Source: Tubulanus polymorphus (lineage: Eukaryota; Animalia; Nemertea). Taken from it: a stretch of DNA of 64,000 bases. Made by a program: the position numbers and the translations under genes. Where the stretch lies: positions 9,734,001-9,798,000 of the forward strand of contig NC_134031.1 in assembly GCF_964204645.1 (NCBI RefSeq). Direction: 5' to 3'. Below, piece after piece: positions 1 to 13,020 of the stretch (its first letter is position 1; every line of letters starts with the position of its first letter). Below the pieces are notes generated by a model. That model saw only the letters and a program-made list of their open reading frames with translations, was not told where the DNA came from and did not search any database.

Positions 1-81
1 ATTCATTAAATATTTTTTCTAACTTCTCTTTTATTTGTGTTTTTGAAATTATTTCTTCAGAGTGTGTTTGAATATTATAAT

Positions 82-711
82 TCATTTTTTTTCTGACTTT
101 ATAAAACTTACTTTCCCAGAGATACTAATTTTTGGATATTCAACATCTGTTATCAAATCTAGTATTTTTTCTATTATTTCATTAAATGTACTATAATCTT
201 CTATTGTTGTACCTTTAAAAAATCTAAATATAATAGCTGCAGGACCAATTTTACTATGTAATGTTTCTAAAATTTCAATTGCATCTTTTATTTCTAGTGA
301 ATCAATATAATTTCTAACATTTTCCATGTAAGGTTTATTTGAAATGGATTTAGTTTTTGAAGTTGGTTTTTTTACTTTTTGAGGTTTATCATCAAAATAA
401 TCTTTTCCTAAAACATTATTACTCAAATTTTGGTGGTATTTTTGTGATTCGAGATGTCTATTATAATTCCTTTTTACTATAAATTCATTACAAACTTCAC
501 ATTTTATTTCATCCACATTCATATTTTCTAATCTTTCTTTTCTTTCATTGGAATTTTCTGGAGTTTCAAAATCTATTACATTTTTTATATGATTTGCAGT
601 TTTTTCATGTCGTGTTTTATGAGATGTATCGATGTATTTTTTACAATATTGACAATAATATTGATTTTTATTAACATTATTGTTTTCTGGTTGGTGTTCA
701 TTCTCCCCCAT
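82..711 (-). pseudogene. N-terminal zinc-finger region of Polinton pPolB (frameshifted near 85)
   Basis: Two C2H2/U1-like fingers (CQYC..H..H, CEVC..H..H); matches ORFs 52384-52728 and 51482-52342 and shows that those two were one frame. Confidence 0.85.
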
Positions 712-796
712 TTATTAGGAAAATAAATTACTTGTGGTGATGAGTGGTGTCTCGCCCTCTCGCCCTCTGGTATGAAACCCACATCTTCCAATTACT
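705..796 (-). repeat. Polinton terminal inverted repeat (family A)
   Basis: Same sequence as TIRs at 26069-26162 and 52720-52812 except for an internal 8-nt tandem unit. Confidence 0.9.
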
Positions 797-2213
797 ATTA
801 CAAATGGTACTTTATTTTTGTAATCATATTTTTTGAATTCTAATATTTTATCCTTTTCATTTGGTAAAACTAATTTACAATAATCATGATTTTCACATAA
901 TTGTTTATGATTTAATAATGCACTTTCAGTTCTGAATTTATGTAAACATTTTCTACATAGATAAATTTTATTATCAAAATCATTTTCTGATTTAAAAAAT
1001 AAATCAATTCTTTTAATCCACATATGATGATTCTCATAATATAATATATCTATAACATCGTTTGAATCATAATCTTTTGATAGGTATAAAGGTTCTAATG
1101 TATAATGTTTTATATTGTTACCTTTTGTATTTGGTAATTTGATTAAATCAAATACATTTATCTTTATATTATTATCTCTTTCTATTTTTGGAATGTTTTT
1201 AATTATAACAGGATACTTATCTATCTTATAATTATTTTCAAATGGTTTATAATGAGTTAATCTAAAACTATGTGTAATATCTTCTGTTGGGTGTAAACAA
1301 CTTATAATTGTCCATAGAAAACATTTATCATCTTCATTTTGTACATTTATTACAGCATTAGTTTTAAATGGTAATTTAATATAACTCGATGCTTCAATAT
1401 CTGGTTCTTTATAATATGATACATTATTTTCATCTATTGGTTTTGATTTAGTTAACTTATTATATTTTGTGTTATAAACATGTAAAGTCATAAATATTAT
1501 TTCATCAAATATTAAACCAGATCCTTCAAAATATTTCTCTTCTATTTTAGTTTTTACTTCATTATAAAATTTATCTAATTTATCATCTATATGTTGTTTA
1601 GATATAATATGTTGTGAATGAGAATTTATATTATATATTGATACAACTGATATACTAATTTTAGGATATTCAACATCAGTTATTATTTCTATTATTTCTT
1701 TCATATTTTCTAAATGTTTTTTATTTTCTTCTAATGTTTTTCTTTTATGAAATTTAAACTCGATAGCTGCTGGGCCAATATCACTTTTAAATGCTTCGGT
1801 TATCTCTATATCTTTTTTATTATACAATAAATTGATATATTTTCTTACATCTTCCATGTATGGTCTTTTATTGTTTAATTTATTTTTTATGTTTTTATTG
1901 TCTTCTGTTTCTTATAATTATCTTTATCAAAATAATCTTCACCTAAAATATCATTATTCTTATTTCTAATATGACTTTTAGATTTTAAATGTTCTTTATA
2001 ATATCTTTTATCACTGAATGATTGATTACATGTATCACATTTGTATGTTTCTTTTTCATTCTTTAATTCATCTAATTTAGTTTCTAATATATCATCTTCA
2101 TATTCTAATTTCAATTTATTCTCTAAATGTGTTTTAGTTTTATTGTGTCTTGATTTTTGGGATTTATCTATATTTATATTACATGTTGGACGGTAGTACT
2201 TATTTGCTTCCAT
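797..2213 (-). pseudogene. Polinton pPolB 5' part (ORFs 1887-2213 and 715-1857)
   Basis: Zn fingers, VINVQNEDDKCFLWTIISCLHP and CRKCL..HKQLC motifs, homologous to 50386-52728; cut just before exonuclease motif I. Confidence 0.85.
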
Positions 2214-2292
2214 TTTAATACTAATATTTTTATTAAAATTGATTTTAGAAGTTATTCATTTATATTTTATTCATATATATGAATATTTTAAG

Positions 2293-2444
2293 AGTAATAG
2301 GGAATAAGTTGTTTCATATCAAAGGTTGAAGGGGCGAGTGAGTAAAAAATAAAAAATAAATTCGAGTTTGTGAGAATTTATTTTTTATTTTTTATGAGAT
2401 CGACCCTTCGACCTTTGGTATGAAACAACTTATTCCCTATTACT
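2293..2444. repeat. 152-bp imperfect palindrome at Polinton terminus
   Basis: AGTAATAGGGAATAAGTTGTTTCATA ... TATGAAACAACTTATTCCCTATTACT, with inner arms AAAAAATAAAAAATAAATTC / GAATTTATTTTTTATTTTTT. Confidence 0.95.
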
Positions 2445-2677
2445 TGCGCGCCATGATTGATGATTGCTATTTCCACCGGTGCTATCTTTAAGTAACTTCA
2501 TGTTTAAAATAGGAAGCACAGTACATCCATAGAAACTACGCGCAGAAAGAGACTGTTATATTATTATCAGAGTTTAACATTTCGTTTCAAAGTTGTTAGT
2601 AGTCAAATCTAATAGATGATGATTTTTATGTGACGAAATTCAGTGGAAAATATGTTAAAATAATAATCAGCAGGAAT

Positions 2678-2870
2678 CCAATAGGGTTTCTGCCAAGGCA
2701 GCAGAAACCCTAATAATAAGAAACACGCGAATCTCAATAGGGTTTTCTGTGATGTAACAGAAAACCCTAATAATCACGCGAATCTCAATAGGGTTTTCTG
2801 TGAAGAAACAAAAACCCTAATAATCACGCGAATCTCAATAGGGTTTTCTGTGAAGAAACAGAAAACCCTA
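2678..2870. repeat. Minisatellite of ~51-bp hairpin-forming units
   Basis: 3-4 copies of CACGCGAATCTCAATAGGGTTTTCTGT..ACAGAAAACCCTAATAAT. Confidence 0.85.
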
Positions 2871-4271
2871 AAAATAAATATAGCTGCAAAGCAGCGATAA
2901 CGGGTTTTCTGAACAGGCGTGTTTTTTCATAATTTGAAAAGTGGGTAATAGAAATATATCAATGCGGGATACGCATTTGATGTGTCAAGTCACACCAATA
3001 CGGTTTGACATAACATAATTTATAGTTATAGTCAAATTGGGGGTTACTCGGGTCGGTTAGTTGTCTGTGGTGTCGAGTAGATTGGTTACCCATCTGTAAA
3101 ATTGGTTACGGAAACGACTCGTCAGCTTGATGAGTTGTATGTATTATGATTGTGCGCCACCTGCATTTTCCGAAATAATGTTCATAGAATTATTCGAAGG
3201 GACGATTGAAATCAATTATCAACGTGCATCCGAATATGTATAGTCCTTGGTAACTTTCCGTTGCAGAGGGCATAGAAAAGATTTTGAAATTATTTAATTA
3301 AAATAAAAATTTTATTTATGAAAAATAAACTATTATGGTCATTACAAATTGAAAATGCATAGTTTATTTTTAAGAACAAGCTTACATAGCTTACAAAATA
3401 CATCACGTAAATTTGAATTTTATAAGTGATGGGTAAAAATCAACGTGTGACAGAAAAAATGTAGTTAATTATTTAACAATATCGAAATATGTGCTCTCTT
3501 TTTAAAATATTGGAGTGATACGCAATTAATCACATGGCCTGTATTAAAAGATAGAACATACAAGTTGGATATTTATAAGTCGAAACATGTGAACAGAAAC
3601 TAAAACTTTGATGTCAGTGACCAGTATGGAATTACACAACGACAATTGGCTTTAAACTCAACAAACATTATTGAAGAATGTTTCAAACAAAATGCTTTAT
3701 ATAACAACATGAATAAACTTGTTTTGCAAAACAAGAAAGTACAAGAACTTTTGAATGGTCGAATTTATTCGCAGTAACTTGTGATTTGGCGATTCTCGGA
3801 GCCATCCGTCTTGATTACGTCACTAACAAGTGGTCACGGCCGTACGCGTGCACTCATTTCTTTGAAAATCTAGCGAGCGGGCACCGGTGCTTATTCTTAG
3901 ACCTTATAGAAATATCAGTCAGAATAGACAGGTTCTAATGATCATAGAGTGCATCGCTGGAGGGTTTCCGATCCATATAATTGAATTTGAATTGGTGCGG
4001 TGGCGCTCTCAACGCGGAAGTTTTTGTCATTCCGAATTTTTCAGGGTAGATGTTAGACCCAATATTCGACTCGTCGCGCATGCGCATTGACTGCCTGGAC
4101 TTAGAAAACTCTTGAAAAGTAACTAAAGATCAGGTTTCGAACACGCAACCACGTGAGCGTATTAAGCATAACGTTATCTCGAGGCGCTAACGATGCTAGC
4201 TTGCCGAAGCACTAATTATAACTACATATAGTCTTACCTTAAGCTACCTTATATAGTAATAAGCTGTAAAG

Positions 4272-4384
4272 CCTCACCTAACCCAACCCTAAAACCTCAC
4301 CTAACCCTAACCCTATAGCCTCACCTTACCCCTAACTAAACCCTCACCTTACCCTAACCCTAAACCCTCTTGATACTAACCCTT
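4272..4384 (+). repeat. Degenerate interstitial (CCCTAA)n-like tract
   Basis: CCTAACCCTAACCCTA interspersed with CCTCACC. Confidence 0.7.
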
Positions 4385-6469
4385 CTGATCTTATCAATTA
4401 AAAAGCCGCCTTTTTGTGTACGACTCGGTTATAGGATATTACATTTACCATTTTTCAGTCGGCGACGGACGTTTATCGTTGTAAGTGATGTAATATGTAA
4501 AAAAATACAGGGAAACCTATCTCAATTTGTTTTTAGCGATGCAGCGGAACTAATAAGGAACATTTCGATATTTAACATGACCGTAGTACACTATCCCTGG
4601 TGGAATAATAAGCTCCACTCGACAAACTCGTTCCTGTGCATTTTTATCTCTGTTTCAGCACACAGCCCCTCTACCATCAATGCCTAACCCCTGTTCGACC
4701 AACTTTGGGCGTTTTCCTTTGAAATATAATCTGAGTTAATGCTGCATCTTTATCATGAAACCTAAGAAAGATTATTCTATTATTTAGGCCTATTCAAATT
4801 TTCTGTCCACTACCACGTGGAAAAAAGACCCAGTCAAAATTGTGCATCACGCTTTGACAAAGAAATTGATTCTAGGATATAAATTTTACGACTCAAACGA
4901 ATTTTTTTCTCAAAAAAGCCGCTTTTAGTTTGATGCAAACGTCATTTGCTTTTCAAATGTGTATCCAGGGCTAGTATCGCAGTAAAAGTGAATGTAGCAT
5001 GTATAATTCCCATCCATCAATTTTGTCTTGTTTCGTATTTTTAGCGAAAATCTCGAAAAGGTCTGACGTCGAGGCAGGTGGTGGCCAGACAAAGACATAT
5101 TCTTGGGAAATATTTAAAGACGCATGGCAAACACACTTATTGTTCACTTTTTTCCTATCCTTATTTTGAAAATGAAGTATTGTAATAAACTATTGATTTA
5201 TTTTTGTTGATCAACGCAACGAGTTTTGTTGTTTTCTTTCGTAATTAACATTTGATTTGGATGGTAATCTTGCGTATGAGTCAGTTTGTCATCGAAGCAA
5301 TACAGTCTAACTTGTTGACGTCTCAGTTGCAGCGGGGCAGGGCGGCCATTATATAGTGGACTTATCCAAATTACACTTACACAGCCCAACGTTTTTCAGT
5401 GTGTAAACTCTGTCGTACTGGGCATTATAAGACAGTGAGGAATTGAGTTTTAGCCACCTGAGCCCGCGGCTTGATTCGAGCAAAAAGACCTTAACTTACT
5501 TCACAGAATTTGATTATGAGTCAAGGATTTTCTGAAATTTTGAATGCTTTCTCTGGTTTTAAGATCTATTCAAATTCAATCTTCAATACATAAAAATAAG
5601 TCAAATAAATTTTTATTTTATTGAAAGAAATTCTAATGAAGACAGATTTTGAAATGAAGGATATATCCAGACAAATAATTACAGCAAAATCAACTGATGA
5701 TCATCAAGGTGAAGTTTTCATTCATCTTCGGCTAATTTGTCTACCCCTGATGATTGAAGCATTTTGGTTACTCGTGCCAATTAGTCAGCCACAGTCGATT
5801 TTCACTCCATCTGACCTCTTTCCATCTGTAATTAAGCAATCAAATGTAAGAATTACTTAGTTAAGGAGCGAAATAAAATATAGATATCTTAGGAGACTAA
5901 TTCAAATCATGAGTTTGTTGTGAAAATCTATTACTACAGTCTCGTAGAGCATAGACACCAAACCACGTGGCATGGTATTTTAAGGGCTATTCAGTTTACT
6001 CCAAAACAAGTCTATGATTAACATTAAAAAAATCTAATGTCACAGGACTCGTGACGCCCATGAATTAGCATCCCATAATAACAATGAATCCAATTCTGCA
6101 TGTACGTTAGCACCGACTGATTACTAATCCAGATATTGCATTACAAAAAAAAACAATTACCCAAAACGTCAAGTACTTACAGCATCTGAGACAGTTGCGC
6201 TTCAGTTAGAGTGTTAAGTTGCGTCTTTGGCTGTCAATGTCGAAAAAGCCTAATTTGAATCATGCATTTGCGCACTGCGGTTTAATATTCCTGCAAGAAT
6301 CCGCAAAGGAATTGAAGACCGTAGTGACCAGTTCATTCAACGAAGAATAGCTGGAAAGAAAGTAATCAAAATAAATTGTCGTGCACATTCAGTGTAAACC
6401 AGGCCATAACTAGCTGCTATTAAGGCATTCCACTTACTCTACCCACTATATTTATATATAGGTTCGCTA

Positions 6470-6786
6470 AAAACAAAGATCAGAGAAACAAATTGCTTGG
6501 GCTAAAGAATAGGGAAGAAGATCTGCTGAATTTAAAAAAAAATAAAAAAGAAAAATTAAATGAACCTACCAATAGTGTTAATAATGTTAATAATTATTCA
6601 CATAATTCTTCTGATGATAGAAACTTTAATAAATATTTTTCTTTTACAACTGCTATATTATTATTTGGGGGTTTATCTTATTATGGTTATAAAAAGAATT
6701 TTTCTAAAAATAATCATAATCATGAAGCGCAGGAAACTAAAATAATTAGAAATGAAAATAAACCTAAGATTAATGAAATGGATTAA
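6470..6786 (+). pseudogene. Isolated remnant of a small Polinton membrane-anchored protein gene
   Basis: RSEKQIAWAKE motif plus hydrophobic segment, homologous to 26979-27374 and 15611-16000. Confidence 0.65.
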
Positions 6787-8167
6787 TATTAGACAGAAAA
6801 TTAGGTAAAATATTTGACTGGGTAAAGACTTACGAAACTTGGTAAGAGATACTTAGGTAATTTTTTGCCTAACAAGAGGACTTCAGAGTCCTGGGGTTCG
6901 AAGAAGCAAAGTCTGATGTACAAATTATAAATCACATACAAGAAAGGCAAATTATGAAAAGAAATTGATATTCCATTAGAGAAGTTTGTTTTAAAATATT
7001 CAATTTGTTTTCCGTTTGCATTGCAAGCGTGGTAATGTTATTGTTTACATCTGACTTCATCGATAAAATGAGGCGCGCAGCTGAGCCTGCCTGTCAATCA
7101 ACATAATTGGTTTACACTAAAAATGCGCTTACTTGAAAGAGTATGCAGTGTATCAATCTAGAATTTTCGGCACAATATCCGATGCTAAATACCTTACTTT
7201 AAAGGTTTATTTGATGTAAATCGGATCAAAAATATTTCTAATATTTTGTTCTTAACTTTTGAAGTGGAAGCTGGTGTCGGCATCAACGTGTGTATGGCTG
7301 TACGTACGGGTACTGGCGCTTTAACAGGCTCAGCATTGATGGTGTATTTATGCGCGAGTAGATGTAATGATTTGTTTTAACCAACCGCTAAATCGGCATT
7401 CATTACGCATGATTTTAGAAAATGATATTATTCAGAGTATTTGAATATATCTATCATGATAATTATAATAATCTTAAGACAAGCGAATTACGTATGTGGA
7501 CCTATTTCATTGAGGCGTATCACTCAATCTGAAAACAAATCTTCCGATCCTGTCACGTGACTTCATGGCTGCAACTTGACGATAGCTTAGGTTCTCCTTC
7601 GAACCAATAAACGGCAGATAAAAAACCGCGACGATGTGATATATGTGGAAAAGATTACAAAACGATGTCAGGATCTCATTGGAAAAAACATTTGGAATCT
7701 AGAAAACATTTAACAAATCTAGAATTAAATAGAGCAAAAGCGCCAATAATTGTTTATAGAACAGAAAATGGAAATTAAATAAATGATGAAAACAAAAATG
7801 AAATAATTGATGAAATTAAAGATGAAATTGTTGATGAAAATAAAAATTGAATAATTGATGAAAATAAAAATGAAATTATTTATTTTGAAAATGAAAATAC
7901 TGAAAATATATTTCCATTTCCAGTTCCCAAAAAACGGAAACATAGAAAATCAGAAACTTTTAGTTTAAATTCACTACAATTTAATGAATTAATAAATGAT
8001 AAATGTAAAAATATTGTTTAATTTTATATGATAAATATAATACCAGATCTTGTTAAAGATTTATATGATAGATATAATGATAAAATCGATTCTGAATATG
8101 AAGGTTATAAAAAATATATGTATAATGTTAAAGATCATTTAAAATATTATATCAAATTATAATTGAT

Positions 8168-8821
8168 ATGTATCATGAAGATATGCATGAATTTTTGAAA
8201 CAACTTGATCCTGATGTTGAAAAAGAAATAGAATATATCGAAACAATAGAAATTATTAAGGAAAATAATCTTACGAAAAAAGATATTACAATGGAAAATA
8301 ATCTCACAGAAAAAGATATTACAAAAGAATATCTTAAAACAAATATTCCAGAGAAATGTAATTTAAATGTCGCAAGAAATCTATTATATAAAACAATAGC
8401 AAATGATATATTTGAAAAGGAATTCATGGAATATTCTCAAGCAGAAGAAATAAGAGAATTATTTAAGAATTTAGTAGAATATTTGAGAGTATTAGATAAA
8501 TTAAAATCATTAAATTATGATTTCTATGTTCCAAAGATGCTTGATTTCTTAAATATTGATGTTTTATTTCCACATTCAGTTTTAAAAGATGAAAAGAAAT
8601 TAAATGACATAAATATGATATGGAATGATTTCACTAGATTAATAAATATAGAAAAATTAGATGAATTCATATTAAGACGCGCAAACTCAAATATGAGTGA
8701 TGAAGTAATATATAAAACTCTAAATCCTCCACCACTAATATTATATCAACCACGCAAAAGTAGACCAATTTATATACAAATGTCTAGTTTAGAAAATACA
8801 GATTATGTAATGAGATCGTGA
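8168..8821 (+). CDS. Hypothetical Polinton accessory protein (3' part of a longer decayed gene starting near 7740 with DENKN-type repeats)
   Basis: 217-aa AT-rich ORF convergent with pPolB, same position as the ZnF gene in the complete element; no motif recognised. Confidence 0.5.
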   Translation: MYHEDMHEFLKQLDPDVEKEIEYIETIEIIKENNLTKKDITMENNLTEKDITKEYLKTNIPEKCNLNVARNLLYKTIANDIFEKEFMEYSQAEEIRELFKNLVEYLRVLDKLKSLNYDFYVPKMLDFLNIDVLFPHSVLKDEKKLNDINMIWNDFTRLINIEKLDEFILRRANSNMSDEVIYKTLNPPPLILYQPRKSRPIYIQMSSLENTDYVMRS

Positions 8822-8905
8822 CAGCAAAGTTATGAAGATTAATTCATTATTGATTCATTTTGAATATTATATTTCATTACTTCCATAAGGCAATGTCTTA
8901 ATTCC

Positions 8906-8908
<3 letters not shown>

Positions 8909-8989
<81 letters not shown>

Positions 8990-9036
8990 TGTGTGTGTGA
9001 TGTGTGTGTGATGTGTGTGTGTGCGTGCGTGCGTGC

Positions 9037-9080
<44 letters not shown>
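8909..9080. repeat. (TG)n-(TA)n microsatellite replacing the deleted intein/pPolB 3' segment
   Basis: Dinucleotide runs join VRSNTS directly to DGIKTLPYG. Confidence 0.95.
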
Positions 9081-9083
<3 letters not shown>

Positions 9084-9960
9084 GTATTACTTCTAACTAT
9101 TCCATGAATATAGAATTCATCATTATTTTTTATTTTATTATATTTTATATACATATATTTTATATATTTTATTTTATTCACAAGTATTCTATAAACCGCT
9201 GATGATTTCATAACATGTATGAATTTAAATGTTTTATGTGAATAAAGTTCTTCACAATATTTCTTTATTCTTTCTAATCATTTCAAATCTTGATTGCATA
9301 AATACCAACAATATTTATTGCAATTAACATATTTATAAGAGAAAAGTGTTAAAAAACTAAGATCCGAGAAACAAATGGCTTGGGCTTAAGAATTTGGATT
9401 AAGATCTGCTGAATTTAAAAAAAAGAAAAAAGAAATATTAAATGAACCTACAATAGTGTTAATAATGTTAATGATTATTCACATAATTCTTCTAATGATA
9501 GAAATTTTAATACCTGCAGATCTATCTCCCATAAAAAATCCTTTAATGAAATATTCTTTTTCTTCTAATGTTTTAGGTCCTATATTAAAGATATTATTAA
9601 TCATTTCATCAAATGACATATGATTCATTCTTGGATAAAATCTTTTATGCAATAATTCATCTCCAATTTTTATATCAGTTGGTTTTATTTCATTACCATT
9701 TTTTCTAATTAAACTATGATCTTCTGTAACATCTACAAATCCTAATTTAGTTCTAACTCTATATATTCTTTTACTTGTTTTATGTCTAATTATATTTTTT
9801 AATTTTTTGTCCAAACATCTATTAATCCATTTCCTTGTATTAACTACTTTTCACCATATGAAATATAAAGTGCATTTTGTTTAATAAGTATTTCTGAAAT
9901 TCTTCTTATTAATATTTGGTTATTAAGTTTTATTAATATTGGGGTGTCAGCTGTTACAGA
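9080..9960 (-). other. Intein, second copy (N-terminal ~2/3, disrupted)
   Basis: SVTADTPIL block A, VTEDHSL block B, FIKGFFMGDRS LAGLIDADG motif; ~170-bp insert at ~9339-9510; 3' part deleted. Confidence 0.9.
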
Positions 9961-11074
9961 ATTGTGATACAATATTTCAATATTATCAACACCAAATTTA
10001 GGTTGTAATGTCGCACAATAAAACTTATACATTAATAATTTTGATAATTCTTAAACTGTTGCCGCAATGAAAACTGGTTTACTGAATTACATTTTGGTAC
10101 GTTCCATTTTAACTGCTGCTAAATTTATATCAAATCTTTTATTTCCTTGATGTTTTGGATTACTTTGTAAATGTCTAATTCGTTCACCATTAGTAACTAA
10201 TTCTATGTCACATCTATTTCTAATATTTTCACAAGTTTTACCATAGAATGCATCATTCATTAACTTGAAGAAATCCTTTTCAAACTCAAATATTGCTATT
10301 GTGCGTTGTTTTGTATTGAATTCTATATATTTAGATAACCAGTTAGATTGTTTAACTTCAATTTATCTATGTACTTTTTTTAAGTATCATTCCCTGTTCT
10401 AAATAAAATTTTAAGATTTTATAATGTACTACATAATTATATTTATTTTCTTGTGTTAACATCAATTTTCAGTGGATCCCATTTTCTTAGGTTTTATTTT
10501 TTTCTGATACTCGCTTTATTCTTCATCAATTACTTTTTTATGGTCTGGGCAATATGGATAATTTTTAGATTAATGTTTTATTTCATTGAGATATTCTAAA
10601 TCAACTATAAAAAAATAACCAATTTCGGTTTTGTCTTTTAATATTTCAATTTTTGATGCCCAATCAATATTTTTATTTTCTTCATCACTAACATCTGTTA
10701 AATCAAAGCCACCATACGGTTGATATTGCATCATAGCCCAACCATAGGGATTATTAGCGTCTACATATATTAATTTGTAATCATCATTTGCTCTAAAATA
10801 TCTATCATCCATAATTCCAGATATTCCACCTCGAATAGCTTTTTCAAATATTAATAATATATCTACTTCTCTAATTAATTCAAGTGTTATATTTGTAAAT
10901 TTTAAACCGCATTGCCAAGTTAAACCTGGACTAGAATAACAATAACACGGATCAATTTCATAATGTTTTAAGTTTTTACAATAATAACATTTTGTTGCTT
11001 TTTTCAAAATTGATTTCATCAAATATTGTCATTCAATTTCATAATATGTGTTTAATTTTTCCATGAATACATTC

Positions 11075-13020
11075 TCATGTTCTAATAGAAAATTACAAAA
11101 TACTTCTATAACATCTTCCCCGCGATAAGAAATATATTAATCTTCAAATAACTCAGGATAATTTGATTTAGTATAAACACCAACAGCAGATGCAGTTTGA
11201 TGAACTTTTTTAATTGTTGAAGTTATAGGTGGATCTTCTATAATATTCTCATCTAATTCATTATTTTAATCTTCTACTTTTAATTTTGCTGTTGTTAATT
11301 TTAGTTTTTTACGATCTTAAATATCATTTATCATTTAAATATTTGTTTATACTTTCAAAATCGGCATATATTACAAATGGAACTTTATTTTTAAATTTAT
11401 TATTTCTAAATCTTAATTTATGATCTTTTTCATAAATTCTTATGTTTTAATAATGTTTTAATAATGTATCTTCTGTTCTAAATGTTAATAAACATTTTCT
11501 ACATAAGTATAATTTATTTTTTTCTCCTCTTTTATAGGATAAATCTAGCTGTTTTATCCACATATAAGGATTTTCGTAATATAATAAATCTATAACATTA
11601 ATATCATCATATTTCCTTGTTAAATATAATGGCTCTAGTTTAAAGTGTAGTATTTTATCACCTTTACAATCACTTAATTTTATCATCTCATAAACATTAA
11701 TTTTCAAATTATTAATTTTTTCGATTTTAGGAATCATTTTAATATTAAATGGGAAACTATTTATTTTAATGTCTTTTTCATATTCCTCGTAATTAGATAA
11801 TCTAAACTATGCGTAGCATCTTCTGTTGGATATTTATAACTTAAGCTTCAACATGTTTTTCATTCTGCGTTGAATTCCATAATTCAACAAATGTCTTTGC
11901 TTTATCCAGTTGATCTAAATATAACTGTAAATCTAGTTTATTAGATTTAATTATATATTCTTTCTTTTCCAAAGGTCTTAAATTTTTCCAATTCCAAATT
12001 AGTTTTTTATCGTATTCATCACTCATATCAAATTTAGAAATCGGCAATCATGTTCTAATAGAAAATTACAAAATACTTCTATAACATCTTCCCCGCGATA
12101 AGAAATATATTAATCTTCAAATAACTCAGGATAATTTGATTTAGTATAAACACCAACAGCAGATGCAGTTTGATGAACTTTTTTAATTGTTGAAGTTATA
12201 GGTGGATCTTCTATAATATTCTCATCTAATTCATTATTTTAATCTTCTACTTTTAATTTTGCTGTTGTTAATTTTAGTTTTTTACGATCTTAAATATCAT
12301 TTATCATTTAAATATTTGTTTATACTTTCAAAATCGGCATATATTACAAATGGAACTTTATTTTTAAATTTATTATTTCTAAATCTTAATTTATGATCTT
12401 TTTCATAAATTCTTATGTTTTAATAATGTTTTAATAATGTATCTTCTGTTCTAAATGTTAATAAACATTTTCTACATAAGTATAATTTATTTTTTTCTCC
12501 TCTTTTATAGGATAAATCTAGCTGTTTTATCCACATATAAGGATTTTTGTAATATAATAAATCTATAACATTAATATCATCATATTTCCTTGTTAAATAT
12601 AATGGCTCTAGTTTAAAGTGTAGTATTTTATCACCTTTACAATCACTTAATTTTATCATCTCATAAACATTAATTTTCAAATTATTAATTTTTTCGATTT
12701 TAGGAATCATTTTAATATTAAATGGGAAACTATTTATTTTAATGTCTTTTTCATATTCCTCGTAATTAGATAATCTAAACTATGCGTAGCATCTTCTGTT
12801 GGATATTTATAACTTAAGCTTCAACATGTTTTTCATTCTGCGTTGAATTCCATAATTCAACAAATGTCTTTGCTTTATCCAGTTGATCTAAATATAACTG
12901 TAAATCTAGTTTATTAGATTTAATTATATATTCTTTCTTTTCCAAAGGTCTTAAATTTTTCCAATTCCAAATTAGTTTTTTATCGTATTCATCACTCATA
13001 TCAAATTTAGAAATCGGCAA
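11075..13020. repeat. 973-bp tandem duplication (11075-12047 and 12048-13020)
   Basis: Near-identical copies; ORFs 11447-11737 and 12420-12710 differ by one residue. Confidence 0.95.

Larger units (their letters stand above)
1..796 (-). mobile_element. End of a Maverick/Polinton of the same family as 26069-52812; runs off the left edge
   Basis: 1-796 is nearly identical to 52014-52812, ends in the same TIR (minus strand AGTAATTGGAAGATGTGGG), and truncates the pPolB of the neighbouring element at KVPFVI. Confidence 0.9.
797..2444 (-). mobile_element. Terminal fragment of a hairpin-ended Polinton (family B), interrupted at 796
   Basis: pPolB 5' region plus a 152-bp terminal palindrome shared with 13547-13698; similarity stops at 2444. 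Confidence 0.8.
8867..12813 (-). pseudogene. Polinton pPolB, second intein-bearing copy, heavily decayed
   Basis: SSPGLTWQCGLK, IRGGISG, YVDANNPYG, FYGKTCENIRNR, EILYHN|SVTADTP and terminal DGIKTLPYG; many stops and deletions. Confidence 0.9.

Noticed and set aside
4272-4384. True telomere
   Set aside because: Short, degenerate and internal.
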